From Octopus bimaculoides (taxonomy: Eukaryota), in assembly GCF_001194135.2 (NCBI RefSeq), contig NC_069003.1:30482568-30546567 (forward strand): DNA of 64,000 bases, given 5' to 3'. Shown piece after piece: positions 1 through 11,903 of the stretch. The notes under the pieces were generated by a model. It saw nothing but the letters and a program-made list of their open reading frames with translations. It was not told the origin of the DNA and ran no database searches. How positions within the stretch are numbered: the first letter of the stretch is position 1; each line of letters begins with the position of its first letter. The position numbers and the translations under genes are program-made.

Positions 1-729
1 TTTTTAAAAAAAATTTTTCTTGTTTTTTTTCTGCAAAATTCTTTCATGTCACTAGGAAATACATTATATCTCCATCTCATTCTCAGAATGTTTGGCCATT
101 TGCTATTGTCAGGATTGGGGTGGGGTCAGAGGAGGAGGTGGAGGGGCACTTGCCCAGCTTGGGTGGTTCTGGATCTGGGGGACGTCTTGAATGACCCCTA
201 CTTGGAAAGTCATCCTGCATTAGTAGGCTAATGAAATTATTTGTCGGCTATATCCATACATATTTTATTTGATTTCTTTCTCATTTGAGTTCCATCTAAA
301 CGTCCCCGTTCCCCCAATCTACTTAGTCTATCTTTATAATCTCCTTTTCATCTGATGGCCCTGTGGTAAATGAAAGCAATCATCATCATCATCGTTTTCA
401 TTATTACTATTATCATGGCAGTAGAGTGCTGACTCAGAAGGGCGCCAGACAAAATGTCAAGCACCATTTCATTCCATTCTAAGTTCAAAATTCCCCCCCC
501 CCCAAGTCAACTTTGCCTTTCTACCTTTTCTGATGTCATCAATAAAATAAGGAACAAATAAATAATTAAGTATGGTATGTGTGTGTGTGTGTGTGTCGAT
601 GGTTGGTGGGGCAGTGGACTTGATTGTAATCAGCTAGCTAAAACCCTTGAATGTGGTATCCCCCTCCGATGTCTACCACATGCAACAACAATCCGGCAAC
701 TTGCTCATCAGTAAAAAGAAAGCAAATAA

Positions 730-876
730 GTCATCATAGTCATTTTCGTTTTAAGTCATCACTGTTGTTGTTTTAAGTCATCATAATCAGTCGTTTTAAG
801 TCCTGATTGTTGTGTCAAGTCGTCATTGTCGTTTCAAGTCGTCATCGTCATTTCAAGTCTTCATCGTCGTTTTCAG
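730..876. repeat. Degenerate 18-21-bp tandem repeat, about 7 units
   Basis: Units resemble tttYaagtcatcatcgtcg. Confidence 0.75.
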
Positions 877-997
877 GTAAAATGAGGTAATGGTTCCACA
901 CTGACCAGAATGTCACCATCATGCAAGCTGTGTTTTCCATTTCCAATTTTCCAGGTAAACACACCTGGTCGTGGAGAAATATTACCTTACAGGCAAT

Positions 998-1403
998 ACT
1001 CTTTTATTCTTTTTGTTTGTCATTTGACTGTGACCATGCTGGAGCACCACCTTAAAGGGTTTTTTTAGTTGAAGAAATCAAACCTGGGATTATTTTTGTT
1101 TTTTATTCTTTGTAAGCCGAGCACTTATTCTATCGGTTTCTTTTGCTGAACTTCTAAGTTACAGGGATGTAAACACACTAACATTGGTTACCAAGTGATG
1201 ACAGGGGGTCAAACACAGGCACAAAGACACACCCACACAAATATATATTCTTTCAGTTTCCAACTCCCAAATCCACTCACAAGGCTTTGGTCAGCTCGAG
1301 GCCATAGAAGAAGACACTTGCACAAGGTGCCATGCAGTGGGACTGAACCCGGAACCATGTGGTTGGGAAGGTAGCTTCTTACCACACAACCATGATTGCG
1401 CCT
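998..1403 (-). mobile_element. tRNA-derived SINE family A (octopus OK/OR-like), near full length
   Basis: Shares blocks with many copies in the window: cagtcatttgactg-ggccatgctggagcacc, cttctttcagtttccatctaccaaatccactcacaaggctttgg and gtgggactgaacccggaaccatgtggttgg. The family name is recalled, not verified. Confidence 0.8.
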
Positions 1404-1900
1404 ATTGTGGACATTAAAACGATGATGATGTTTGATTCTTAATTGCATAACATCTCCTTTTTCTGCCCTTCATCTTTATATAAACTTGATTTTTTTTTCC
1501 CTTCCCATGTTTTTGTAAGATTTTCGCTGTGTAACAGGATCGTTTTCATTTTACTTTCTAGGGTTTCTTTTTTGTATTTTTTTTTTGTTATTGTTGTATT
1601 TTGTATTGTTGCTGTTTTTTTTGGTGGTGGGGGGGGGGGCCTTTCGTACCCAAACATTACATAAGCCCTACATTCCTGAAAATTTTGTTTGTGGCATGAA
1701 TAAAGTTCCCTAACTTGAAGCCTATTTTCTCATTTACTTCCTTATAGAATATAAATTCACATCAAAGGAATTTCACATTACAGCAAAATTTTCAAGAATG
1801 CAATACTTCCATAACACAAGTTTGTCTGGATTTTATCGTAATTTTTTAACCTTTATAGCTAAAAACAAAAAAAAAAAAAAAGTCATTACCATAATTATTA

Positions 1901-2575
1901 AAGCAGTGAGCTGGCATAATCATTATTGCCGTGCACAAATTGCTTAGCAGCATTTCTTTTGACTCATTACATAGTGAGTTCAAATTCCANNNNNNNNNNN
2001 NNNNNNNNNNNNNNNNNNNNNNNNNNNNNNNNNNNNNNNNNNNNNNNNNNNNNNNNNNNNNNNNNNNNNNNNNNNNNNNNNNNNNNNNNNNNNNNNNNNN
2101 NNNNNNNNNNNNNNNNNNNNNNTGAAATTTGAAACCAGCAAGCTGGCAGAATTGTTAGCACGCCGGGCGAAATGTTTACCTGTTTTTCATCTGCTGCTAT
2201 GTTCTGAGTTCAAATTCCACTGAGGCTGATTTTGCTTTTCATCCTTTTGGGGGTCGATGAAATAAGTACCAGTTACACACTGAGGGTCGATATAATCGAC
2301 TAACCCCTTTCCCCAAAAAATTTTCGGGGCCTTGTTCCTAGAGTAGAAATAATTATTATTAAGGTTAGCAAGCTGGCAGAATCATTAGCACGCCAAGCAA
2401 AATGCTTACTAGTGTTTCGTCCATCTTCATGTTTTGAGTTCAGATTCCACTGAAGTTGAATTTGCCTTCCATCATATCAGGGTCAATAAATTAAATACCA
2501 ATGAAACACTGGCATTGATGTAATCAACTAGACTCCTCCCTGCAAATTTCCAGCCTTGTGCTTTCAGTAGAAAGG

Positions 2576-2611
<36 letters not shown>
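1901..2611 (+). mobile_element. Tandem array of three tRNA-derived SINE family B copies with ATT-rich linkers
   Basis: Repeated agctggcagaatcgttagcac...gagttcaaattcc-ctgaggt-gactttgcctttcatcctt...gataaataagtaccag, ending in (ATT)n at 2577-2611. Confidence 0.85.
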
Positions 2612-2884
2612 GATATAAATGCTGTTGATTCACAGAAGCAGTTGTTGCATCGAAAGGCAACATACAAGAAGAAACGGAATTTAATCAACTGTCATTTTCT
2701 CCAATAAAAACCATTCCTGCTTTTCTGTTTAAAATCTTCAATATTTTGAGAGATAAGCAGATTGGCAGAATTCATAGAATCATCCTATGTAATGTCAAAA
2801 TAACACCTGTTTCCCTTCCATACCTGCAAAATCTCTTCGTAACGTGCCAAAGTTAGGAATTTTTATCATTTTGTAGTTATTTAT

Positions 2885-2938
<54 letters not shown>

Positions 2939-2950
2939 TATACATACAGA

Positions 2951-2987
<37 letters not shown>

Positions 2988-3684
2988 TTATATATATGCT
3001 CTATTGGGGTGTTTTTGTTTTTTCTTCTGAATTCTAAAAGCCTATTTGGAATTATAACTTCATTGTTTTGGCTGCTTTATCAATTTTGAAGTCTCTGTAA
3101 ACACAGTTCCCCCCACACCCTACCACCACCACCACCACCACCCTGCTCCAGCCTCTGCTATGGGTCGGTCCACTATTTTTACAGTTTCTTGTTTATCAAA
3201 CTCTGCTTTGTTAAGTCCTTTGTGGCTTTGTTAAAATATGTGTGCGTGCGTGTTTGCATGTGTGTGTGTGTGTGTCTGTGTGCGCGTGTGTATTGGCACA
3301 CACGCATGTGTAGGTTTGCGACTGCCTGATGGGAAATGGTTGGGCTCCTATCGCTCGAGTCTTGAATTATCATTATGGCCTGTTCTCATTTCTACCATAT
3401 TGTTGGGGTTTTTTTTACCCTATATTCTGTCTCCTGCCACCCCCTCTTTCTATTCATGGTGTGTATGTGTATGTATGTATATATGCATATTGCATGGGTG
3501 TGTTTGCATCTATATATATGTAATAAACATGCTTACATGCATATACATGCTTCTACATAAGTCTATGCATATTTCTGTGTGTCTACATAAAATTATATGT
3601 GAGTGTGTCTGGATGCATATATATACATATATATATATACATACACACACACACACACACACACATATATAAATATATATATAC

Positions 3685-3720
<36 letters not shown>

Positions 3721-3754
3721 TATACACATACACATGTACTCATACACACATACA

Positions 3755-3785
<31 letters not shown>

Positions 3786-4707
3786 GTATAATGACATTTC
3801 CCCCCCTGTTTTTTGCCCTTTGGAAAGTCCTTGGTTATTTGCTAACCCAGGACCACCTACATGGAGTGCTTCTCATTAGGAGTTTATATTTAGAAAAAAA
3901 ACAAAAAAACAATTGACTTTTTAATTAATTATGTGATATTTTGTGGTATAACGAGTGCTAATTTGTCACAGTTCCATAAAAGGTTACAAGAGTATACTTT
4001 GTTTGTTTCGTTTTGTTTTTATGTTCTCTTTGTCTCACATTATAATGATGCTAGTTTCACTTTGTGACATGGGACTCTGGATTTGTAAGCATACGGTTAG
4101 CAGTAGCTTGCATTAGCCCCAGTACGTAACTGTTACTGGGTCTTTTTTTTTTTCCATGTTGTGGTTTCACCCTTTAGCATTTAAACCAGCCATATCAGGC
4201 CTAAATATTCTACCCATTGTGTATTCTACCCTGGCCAGATCCAGAAGCCTACTTACTATTCAGTATCATTCTAGAAATAAGCAGTTGCATCGTAGAAATC
4301 TAACAGCCACGAGATAATAATGCATGGTTAATTCAAAAGAATGCGAATAAATAAGCATCTGATAGCTAAGGGGTTATCCCTTAGCATTTCAACTGGCCAT
4401 ACCTACCCAGCCCAACTTTTCTATCTGTTTAACCCTTTAACATTCAACTGGCTATACCTGGCATGCATATTCTACCTGTTTAAACCATGCAGATTTAGCC
4501 TCTCAAACCTTTCCTACACTGTTGATCACATCGTTAAAATCTCAAAGCTTTGAGATAATGCATGATTAATTCAAAACAACATGAATAAATAAGCATTGCA
4601 TTCTGGTTTAAAGACAGAAAATAAGTTCTAGAGTCAAGTCATTCAGCTACAATTCCTCAGAGCAATACTCCTGCATAGCCACAGTCTAATGACTGAAACA
4701 ATTAAAT

Positions 4708-4956
4708 ATTCTATGTTTAAGAGATGAGCAATTATGTACATTATTTACATTATTTACATTTGAAGGATATTTGTCCTCATCTTGTGTTTGTTGTTAACAC
4801 GTTTCAGCTGATATACCCTCCAGCCTTCATCAGGTGTCTTGGGGAAATTTCGAACCTTAATAATTATTATTATTATCGTTCAGGTCACTGCTTGGAATTG
4901 AACTCGGAATCTTGGGGTTAGTAGCCCACACTCTTAACCACTACACCATATGCCCG
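4708..4956 (-). mobile_element. tRNA-headed SINE (family D) carrying a degenerate hammerhead motif at 4796-4838
   Basis: Reverse complement of the 7834-8116 element with a shorter linker. Motif reads GACAC-CTGATGA-A-GGCTG(10 nt)CAGCT-GAAAC-GTGTT, with 3 nt missing at the cleavage triplet. Confidence 0.8.
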
Positions 4957-6551
4957 TGGCACTTGCTCAAGGTGCCATGCATTGGGACTGAACTTGGAAC
5001 CATGTGGGTGGGAAGTAAGCTTCTTACCACATGGATTCTTCTTTTACTTGTGATGGCATAATTCAAGGAAGATTTGGCTGCTATTTCTAGCAAGCTTGGA
5101 GACCACAATAAAGGTTTAGGTTTTGTGTGTGCTAATCTTCCATGGCAATGTAGGATCAGCATAATGACAGGACAGTATATATAGTAACAAGGGTTAAATT
5201 AAGGCTTCACTTGTTCCTTGTTTTCTTTGGGTTTTTTTTTGGGGGGGGGGTTTACTTTGCATCCCCCTTGTCCCCTGCACAACAAACAACAAACACAGAA
5301 ATCAGTCACTGCCCTGATTTCCATTTTTTTCTTTTTTCTTTTTTTTCAACCATCTTCTTCATGCATGTGGAAATTCTTGTAAAGAAACCAGAAAGACTAC
5401 AAGACTCTCTTGTCTGTCTTCCTCTCTTTTTCCAAGTTACATTGTAAATCCTTCATGCTTTGATTGCATTTAATGATAAACAGATAAGGTTTTTCTTTCT
5501 TTCTTTTTTTTTTTTTTTTTTTTNNNNNNNNNNNNNNNNNNNNNNNNNNNNNNNNNNNNNNNNNNNNNNNNNNNNNNNNNNNNNNNNNNNNNNNNNNNNN
5601 NNNNNNNNNNNNNNNNNNNNNNNNNNNNNNNNNNNNNNNNNNNNNNNNNNNNNNNNNNNNNNNNNNNNNNNNNNNNNNNNNNNNNNNNNNNNNNNNNNNN
5701 NNNNNNNNNNNNNNNNNNNNNNNNNNNNNNNNNNNNNNNNNNNNNNNNNNNNNNNNNNNNNNNNNNNNNNNNNNNNNNNNNNNNNNNNCCCTCGCCCACC
5801 TCCCCAGACAAGACAAAAAAAACTTGTGTTCAAAGACATTCCAGCCGTGATCCATCCATTTTAAACTATTTATTATTCAGGCATCATGTATCTTGTCTTT
5901 CTCACTCTTTTAAAGAAGAAAACAAAAAAAGAACGAGAAATGGGAAGGAAAATTTGGCTGTTATTTCTAGCAGGTTGAGGAATGACTACCTCGAAGCTCA
6001 CTTAGTGAGTGGCGGTGGCGGCGGCGAGGATATTGATGCCAGTGTGTACAGTGTCGGAGTTTATTGTTATTGTTGTTGTGGTGCTGGCGGTGGTTTGTTG
6101 GGGATAGTATCCTAAAAATACCTTTAATAACTTGGAATCACACCATAATTACTCTCAAAAAACAACCACATGAACTAACTCCCAGCTGTTATCTATAATT
6201 TCTTTTTTATTTTGTTTTCTTTTTATCACTTATTACCATCATCATCATCATCATCGTCGACATAAACATATTAGAAACATACTCTTTTACATTGCAGTTC
6301 TAATACATAACAAACAAACCAAACAAAAATGTGGTGGGAACATCTGCTTTCAATAGATTTTTTTTCTTTCTTGTTTCGTACTACTATTATCATTAGTTGT
6401 AGTAATAGTAGTAGTAGTAGTAATAGTAGTAGTAGTAAACATCTCTCTCATTTGTATCTTGTCAAGTTTGTTTTCATTTTTCTTCCAAATAAGAATCACT
6501 TGTTCTTTCTGTGTTTCATTCCTTCCTTTCTTTCTTTCTTTCTCATTTCTT

Positions 6552-6586
<35 letters not shown>

Positions 6587-6707
6587 TTAATTTGTCCTGT
6601 ACATATTGCTTTTCTCTTTCTTTTTTCTTCTTAATGTGCTAATTGACTATTTGTGTATCTTGCATGTTTATATATGTATGTGTGTGTGTGTGTGTGTATA
6701 ATATATA

Positions 6708-7095
6708 CAGGCATGGCTGTGTGGTAAGAAGCTTGCTTCCCAACCGCATGGTTCCAGGTTCAGTCCCATTGCATGGCACCTTGGGCAAATATCTTCTACT
6801 AAAGCCTTGGGCTGACCAAAGCATTTGTGAGTGGATTTGGTAGACAGAAACTGAGAGAAGCTTGTCATGCATAGGCGCAGGAGTGACTGTGTGGTAAGTA
6901 CCTTGCTTACCAACCACATGGTTCTGGGTTCAGCCCCACTGTGTGGCACCTTGGGCAAGTGTCTTCTGCTATAGCCTTGGGCTGACCAAAGCCTTGTGAG
7001 TGGATTTGGCAGATGGAAACTGAAAGAAGCCCATTGTATATATATGTATGTGTGTGTTTGTCTGTGTTTGTCCCCACAACATTGCTTGACAATCT
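6708..7095 (+). mobile_element. Two tandem 5' portions of SINE family A (6708-6870, 6873-7095)
   Basis: The head gcaggagtggctgtgtggtaag...gggttcagtcccactg occurs twice. Confidence 0.8.
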
Positions 7096-7096
7096 A

Positions 7097-7294
7097 CTCT
7101 TGTTTCAGTCATTTGACTGCAGCCATGCTGGAGCACCACCTTTTAGTCAAGTAAATCGAGCCCAGGACTTATTCTTTGTTAAGCCTAGTACTTATTCTAT
7201 CAGTTTCTTTTTGCCAAACCACTAAGTTATGGGGACATAAACACATGAACATTGGTTATCAAGCAATGGTGTGGGGACAAACACAGACACACAA

Positions 7295-7327
<33 letters not shown>

Positions 7328-7447
7328 CAGGCTTTGATTGGTTCGAGGGTATAGTGGTAGATACTTGCCTAAGGTGCCAATCAGTGCGATTGAACCTGGA
7401 ACTATGTGCTTGGGAGGCAAGCTTTGTACCACACAGCTACTCCTGCA
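7097..7447 (-). mobile_element. SINE family A, abutting the + copy in inverted orientation
   Basis: Family A blocks in reverse, with an internal (CA)n tract. Confidence 0.8.
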
Positions 7448-7833
7448 CGTGTGTTATAATTGCATAAGCACTTGTGTGTGGATGCGTGTGGTATATGCAT
7501 AATCGCTTCCAAATGTTAATTGGCATTCAGTTGATTCAGTTGGTATTTGCTTCAAAACAAGTATGCAGCTGAGGGGGAGAGAGAGAGAGTGAGAGGAGGA
7601 GGAGGAGTTTGTTGTGTGTGTAAGCTGCAGGCAAAGCTGTGTAGTTAAGAAGTGCACCGCTGAACCACGTGGTTCTAAGTTCAATCACACTGCACAGTGC
7701 ACATGGTTATTCGGTTATTCACCTGGTTATAGATAGCTCCTGGTTTGTTCTTATGTGTAGGGTCATGTACAAGACAAAAACAGGTTTTGATAAGGAGGTG
7801 GAATCATTAGTGCATCAAGGAAAGTGCTTAACA

Positions 7834-8116
7834 ACATATGGTGTAGTGGTTAAGAGTGTGGGCTACTAACCCCAAGATTCCGAGTTCGATTCCAAGCAGT
7901 GACCTTAACAATGACAACAACAACAATAATAATAATAATAATATCGAAAAATACCTTAGGAATGAGAACCCAGGTTTGAAATTTTCCCCCAAGACACCTG
8001 AAGAAGGCTGGAGGGTATATCAGCCAAAACATTGTGTTAACAACAAACAAGATGAGGACAAATATCCATTGAATGTAAATATTGTACATAATTCCTCATC
8101 TCTTTAAATATAGAAC
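7834..8116 (+). mobile_element. tRNA-headed SINE (family D) carrying a degenerate hammerhead motif at 7993-8038
   Basis: A-box TGGTGTAGTGG and B-box GAGTTCGATTCC, then an (AAC/AAT)n linker, then GACAC-CTGAAGA-A-GGCTG(10 nt)CAGCC-AAAAC-ATT-GTGTT. Homologous to the inverted copy at 4708-4956. Confidence 0.8.
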
Positions 8117-8539
8117 AACATTTCTTCTGCCTCCTTTTTTTAATTTGAGTTTGAATCCCACCGAGGTCAACTTTGCCATTAATTCATCCTTTCATGGTTG
8201 ATTGAATAAAGTACCAGTAAAACACGAAGTTGCTGGCCTTGTGCCAAAATTAGACAGATTTGTAATGGATTGGTATTATTGAGTACTCTAGACAAAATGT
8301 TTCTAATATAATAAGTGCAGGCATGACTGTGTAGTAAGAAGCCCGTTTCCTAACCACACTGTTCTGAGTTCAGTTCTGCTGCATAGCAGCTGTAGCTCCA
8401 GGCTGACCAAAGCCTTGTGAGTGAGTGGATTTGGTAGATGGAAACTGAACAGTATATTATTAATATATATTCAATATCAACAAAATATGAATAATGTGTA
8501 TACATTATTTATATCGTTTACTGTTTCTTTATTTTTCAG

Positions 8540-8607
8540 GTGAAGCGAGTCAGACAAAAGGAAGTAGAAGACAGCGTAGGGGATAATACCAGGAATAATA
8601 ACAACAG
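8540..8607 (+). CDS. eya: eyes absent (Eya) N-terminal coding exon, VKRVRQKEVEDSVGDNTRNNNN-(R); phase 0 to 2
   Basis: Acceptor tttctttatttttcag|G at 8539/8540 and donor CAG|gtaagt at 8607/8608; 68 nt. Only frame 0 is stop-free. VKRVRQKE resembles, from recall, EYA4 VKKTCTES and EYA3 VKKAKMQE. The phase-2 end joins exon 38051 in frame (AG|G = Arg). Confidence 0.85.
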
Positions 8608-11056
8608 GTAAGTTCTAAAGTTTAATTAAGGTCCAGGGTCTGGGCAGTGGGGCTGTGGGCTATTCGAGAGGACTGCATCATCAGTAATCCATCTTACATG
8701 CTATCTTCATCTCTCACCATCTTTGTGTATATCACCTCATGTCTATAGAATTACATGTGTTTGTGTGTGTGTGTGTGTGTGTGCGCACATGTGTGTGTAT
8801 CTCTCGAGTCTATTCTATGTGCAGTTTGTGTGCGTAGCTGTATACAGGTGTGTTTTAAATATCACAGACTCTGTTTTTTTCTTATGTGCATACATGTGTG
8901 TGTTTTGTGTGTTTAGGACCAAATGTTTGCAACCCCATTGGTATGGGGTTCAGTCCCACTGTACAGCACCTTGGGCAAGGATGTTCTACTGTAGGTAGCT
9001 CTTAGTCAACCAATGCCCCTTGCGAGTGGCTTTGGTAGATAGAAACCTGTTCGTTTGTGTATATCTGTATGCCTTTATATGTTAATATATACATCAAGAT
9101 TTAACATCCATTGTCCATTCTGGCATGAGTTGGACAGTTTGGTCAGAGCTAGCAAGCTGGGGAGCTGCACCAGGCCCCAGTATCATTTGACATCGTTTTT
9201 ATGATGCCAGATATATATGTATAGGAGGGCTTGTGACCTAATAGTTCGGGTATTGCACTAACAATCACAAGATTGTGATTTCAATTCCCAGACTGGGTGA
9301 TGCTCTGTGTTCTTGGGCCAAACTCTTCATTTCACATTGCTCCATGGTCTCGTCAATGCCTACCATGTGGCACATGGTCTCGTTGATACCAGCCATGTGG
9401 CAGCACATACGTTTGGTTACTATAATCAAATCATCTGCGCAGGTTGTTGAGAAAGAAATTGTGGAGCCCTTTACGACAGGAAGATCCTCGGTATATATTC
9501 AATTCTTTTACTTGTTTCAGTCATTTGACTACAGCCATGCTGGAGCATCACTGTAAAGGGTTTCTTGATCAAAGAAATTGACCTAAGGACTCACCCTTTG
9601 TAAGCCTAGTACTAATTCTATCGGCCACTTTTGCCAAACTTCTAAGTTACGGAGACATAAGCACACCAGCATCAGTTGTCAAGCGATGGCAGAGGGACAA
9701 ACACACACATAAATACATATATATATATATATATATATATGACAGGATTCTTTCAGTTTCCATCTACTAAATCCACTCAGAGCTAATAGTGAGGGATTAT
9801 CGATCCAGGCAAAATACTCCCTAAACTCTCTGTTTGCACACCAGGCTATCAGTATTGGTTAGATTAGTGAAGAACTCCCTGTATTCTTATGGCAGGGTCA
9901 AAGGTTATGGTTCATCACAATTCTATATTGTAAATCCATAGTTGGGCTCCAGTGATATACAAGACAAGGGTATAAATAATTGTCATTCCATATTTTTTTC
10001 TTTTATTTGAGCAAATTTGGCTTACAGCTGTTTCCAGTAGCCATTAATAGGTACGTTACTGATAGGTTTACGCAATTGGTCTATTGATCAGTTGAGAAAA
10101 AAAAAATTAACGATTTAAAGAAATTGATGTTATTTTTGTTGGAGCTATAACCAGAAACGGCTCTGTATGTATATGTGTGTGTGTACTTTTATGTATGTTT
10201 ATATGTGTCTGTGTGATGTAAATGTGTATTTTTCATGTGTGTGTGTGTGCACTTTTGCATATTTATGTTATATGCTCTGTGTGTGTCTATGAGTGTATGT
10301 GCTTGTGCTCATTTATATGGTGTGTGTGTGTGTGTGTTTGCTTGAGTATGTGTGTTATATACTATGCACATATATGTATGTGCGTGTGCTTGTGTGCATA
10401 TATATGATGTGTGTGTGTGTGTGTGTGTATACTTGTTCCTTCATAACTTAAATCTTACATCCACATCCACAACAGAATCTGTATATATATATGTGTGTGT
10501 GTTCTGAAAACGTGGGTGCAGGTTAAAAATTGTTCACATGTATATAAGTATGCTTGTGAATGTGAGTGTGTATATAACATGTACATACATACATACATAC
10601 ATACATAAATACATACAAACGTACACATATGTAACTCCTCCCTCTCCCCACCTTTTTCCCCCCTGACTTAAAATTAAGAAAGAAAGAAAGACAGAAAAAG
10701 AAACCAAAGTTTTGTTTGGACAGCTTGACATTTTATGTTGCTACTTTGCTGATAATCACACACACACACACACACATTCTATATATATATATATATAATA
10801 GTTTATCACTATTTCTGGCCCCATTATTATATATCTATAATGTCTATTTCACATTTACTGAACAGCCACCTTCATAATTAATTGTTCTTTGCTCGTTGCA
10901 TTTCTCCAATGAATCCGCTCATTTAATCGGCTTCATTACATTTTGGTGACTCCCGATGTGATGACAAACAGCCTTCTTTACGTATCACTACTTCACACAC
11001 ACACACACCTCACGTAGAATTGTTGATGTTCTAGATGTTGTTGCTGGTATGTTAAA

Positions 11057-11093
<37 letters not shown>

Positions 11094-11261
11094 GGTAAAT
11101 GAAAGACAGAAGATGGACTATACGAGAATTTATTAAGCACAATAATTGTTTCGACACGTCTAGTGATTCCTCATGGAATCTTTCATTTGCCATATGCCTA
11201 ATGATCACTGTAAAAGTGACCATGCTTTACCAGTAAGCCACCACATATAAACCATTCATTT

Positions 11262-11296
<35 letters not shown>

Positions 11297-11318
11297 CATA
11301 TATATATATTTATATATA

Positions 11319-11532
11319 GGGGGTGCCCAGAAATTGGTTTACAGTTATCATGTAGGCACTTCAAATTTCTTTTAAAACATTTTATTACGTTTAAATTTCT
11401 ATCTTGCAATCAACTAAATTAGCATAGAATAATGGTTTCATATTTTTTTTCTATAATTAAAATCTGAACTGTTAATATATGAATGCGAGAGAGATAGTTG
11501 AATAACTGTAAACCTCCTTTTGGGCCACCCTG
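11319..11532. mobile_element. Tc1/mariner-like MITE with TA target duplication
   Basis: TA-gggggtgcccagaaa...ttttgggccaccctg-TA. A reverse-complement copy lies at about 60330-60520 (TA-cagggtggcccaaac...). Confidence 0.7.
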
Positions 11533-11569
11533 TATATATATATGTATGTAAATATATATATACATACAC

Positions 11570-11599
<30 letters not shown>

Positions 11600-11600
<1 letters not shown>

Positions 11601-11903
11601 TTAGGGACAAAATCCAAAATTACAGGTAAAAAACTCAATTAAAATCAATTTATAAAAAATTAAAATTAAATTGAGCCTTATAGATAAAGTATATATAAAA
11701 TATATATAGTTTTAGGGAAAATAACCAATTTTCAAGAACTCATCGATGAAAATCCACTATCACATATAGAAAAATTAATAATTAAAAGCACAATAAATGA
11801 GTATAATATAAAGTAAAGTAAATATCATAAGATAAATATAATATATTGTGCTTTTAATTATTAATTTTTCTATATGTGATAGTGGATTTTCATCGATGAG
11901 TTC
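11600..11903. repeat. AT-rich element with a perfect 60-bp inverted repeat (11736-11795 / 11844-11903), truncated by an N-gap
   Basis: The arms are exact reverse complements over 60 nt with a 48-nt spacer. The right arm runs into the gap at 11904. Confidence 0.85.

Noticed and set aside
690-720. Other isolated CTGANGA matches (705, 8678, 18288, 21267, 26288, 32690, 35243, 45032)
   Set aside because: None is followed by a stem II plus GAAA plus stem III/NUH arrangement.
865-960. Two YAG|GTAAA junctions (876/877, 954/955) as a first exon or recursive sites
   Set aside because: The second lies in a repeat also seen at 20330-20400. There is no EYA-like start peptide or phase-0 ATG exon here.
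7834-7905. A-box/B-box segments (here and in SINE families A-C) as tRNA genes
   Set aside because: There is no complete cloverleaf or acceptor stem, and each continues into a repeated SINE body.
11720-11760. TCGATGA-gttctt-GAAA in the 60-bp inverted repeat as a hammerhead variant
   Set aside because: Two core deviations and no stem I complementarity.
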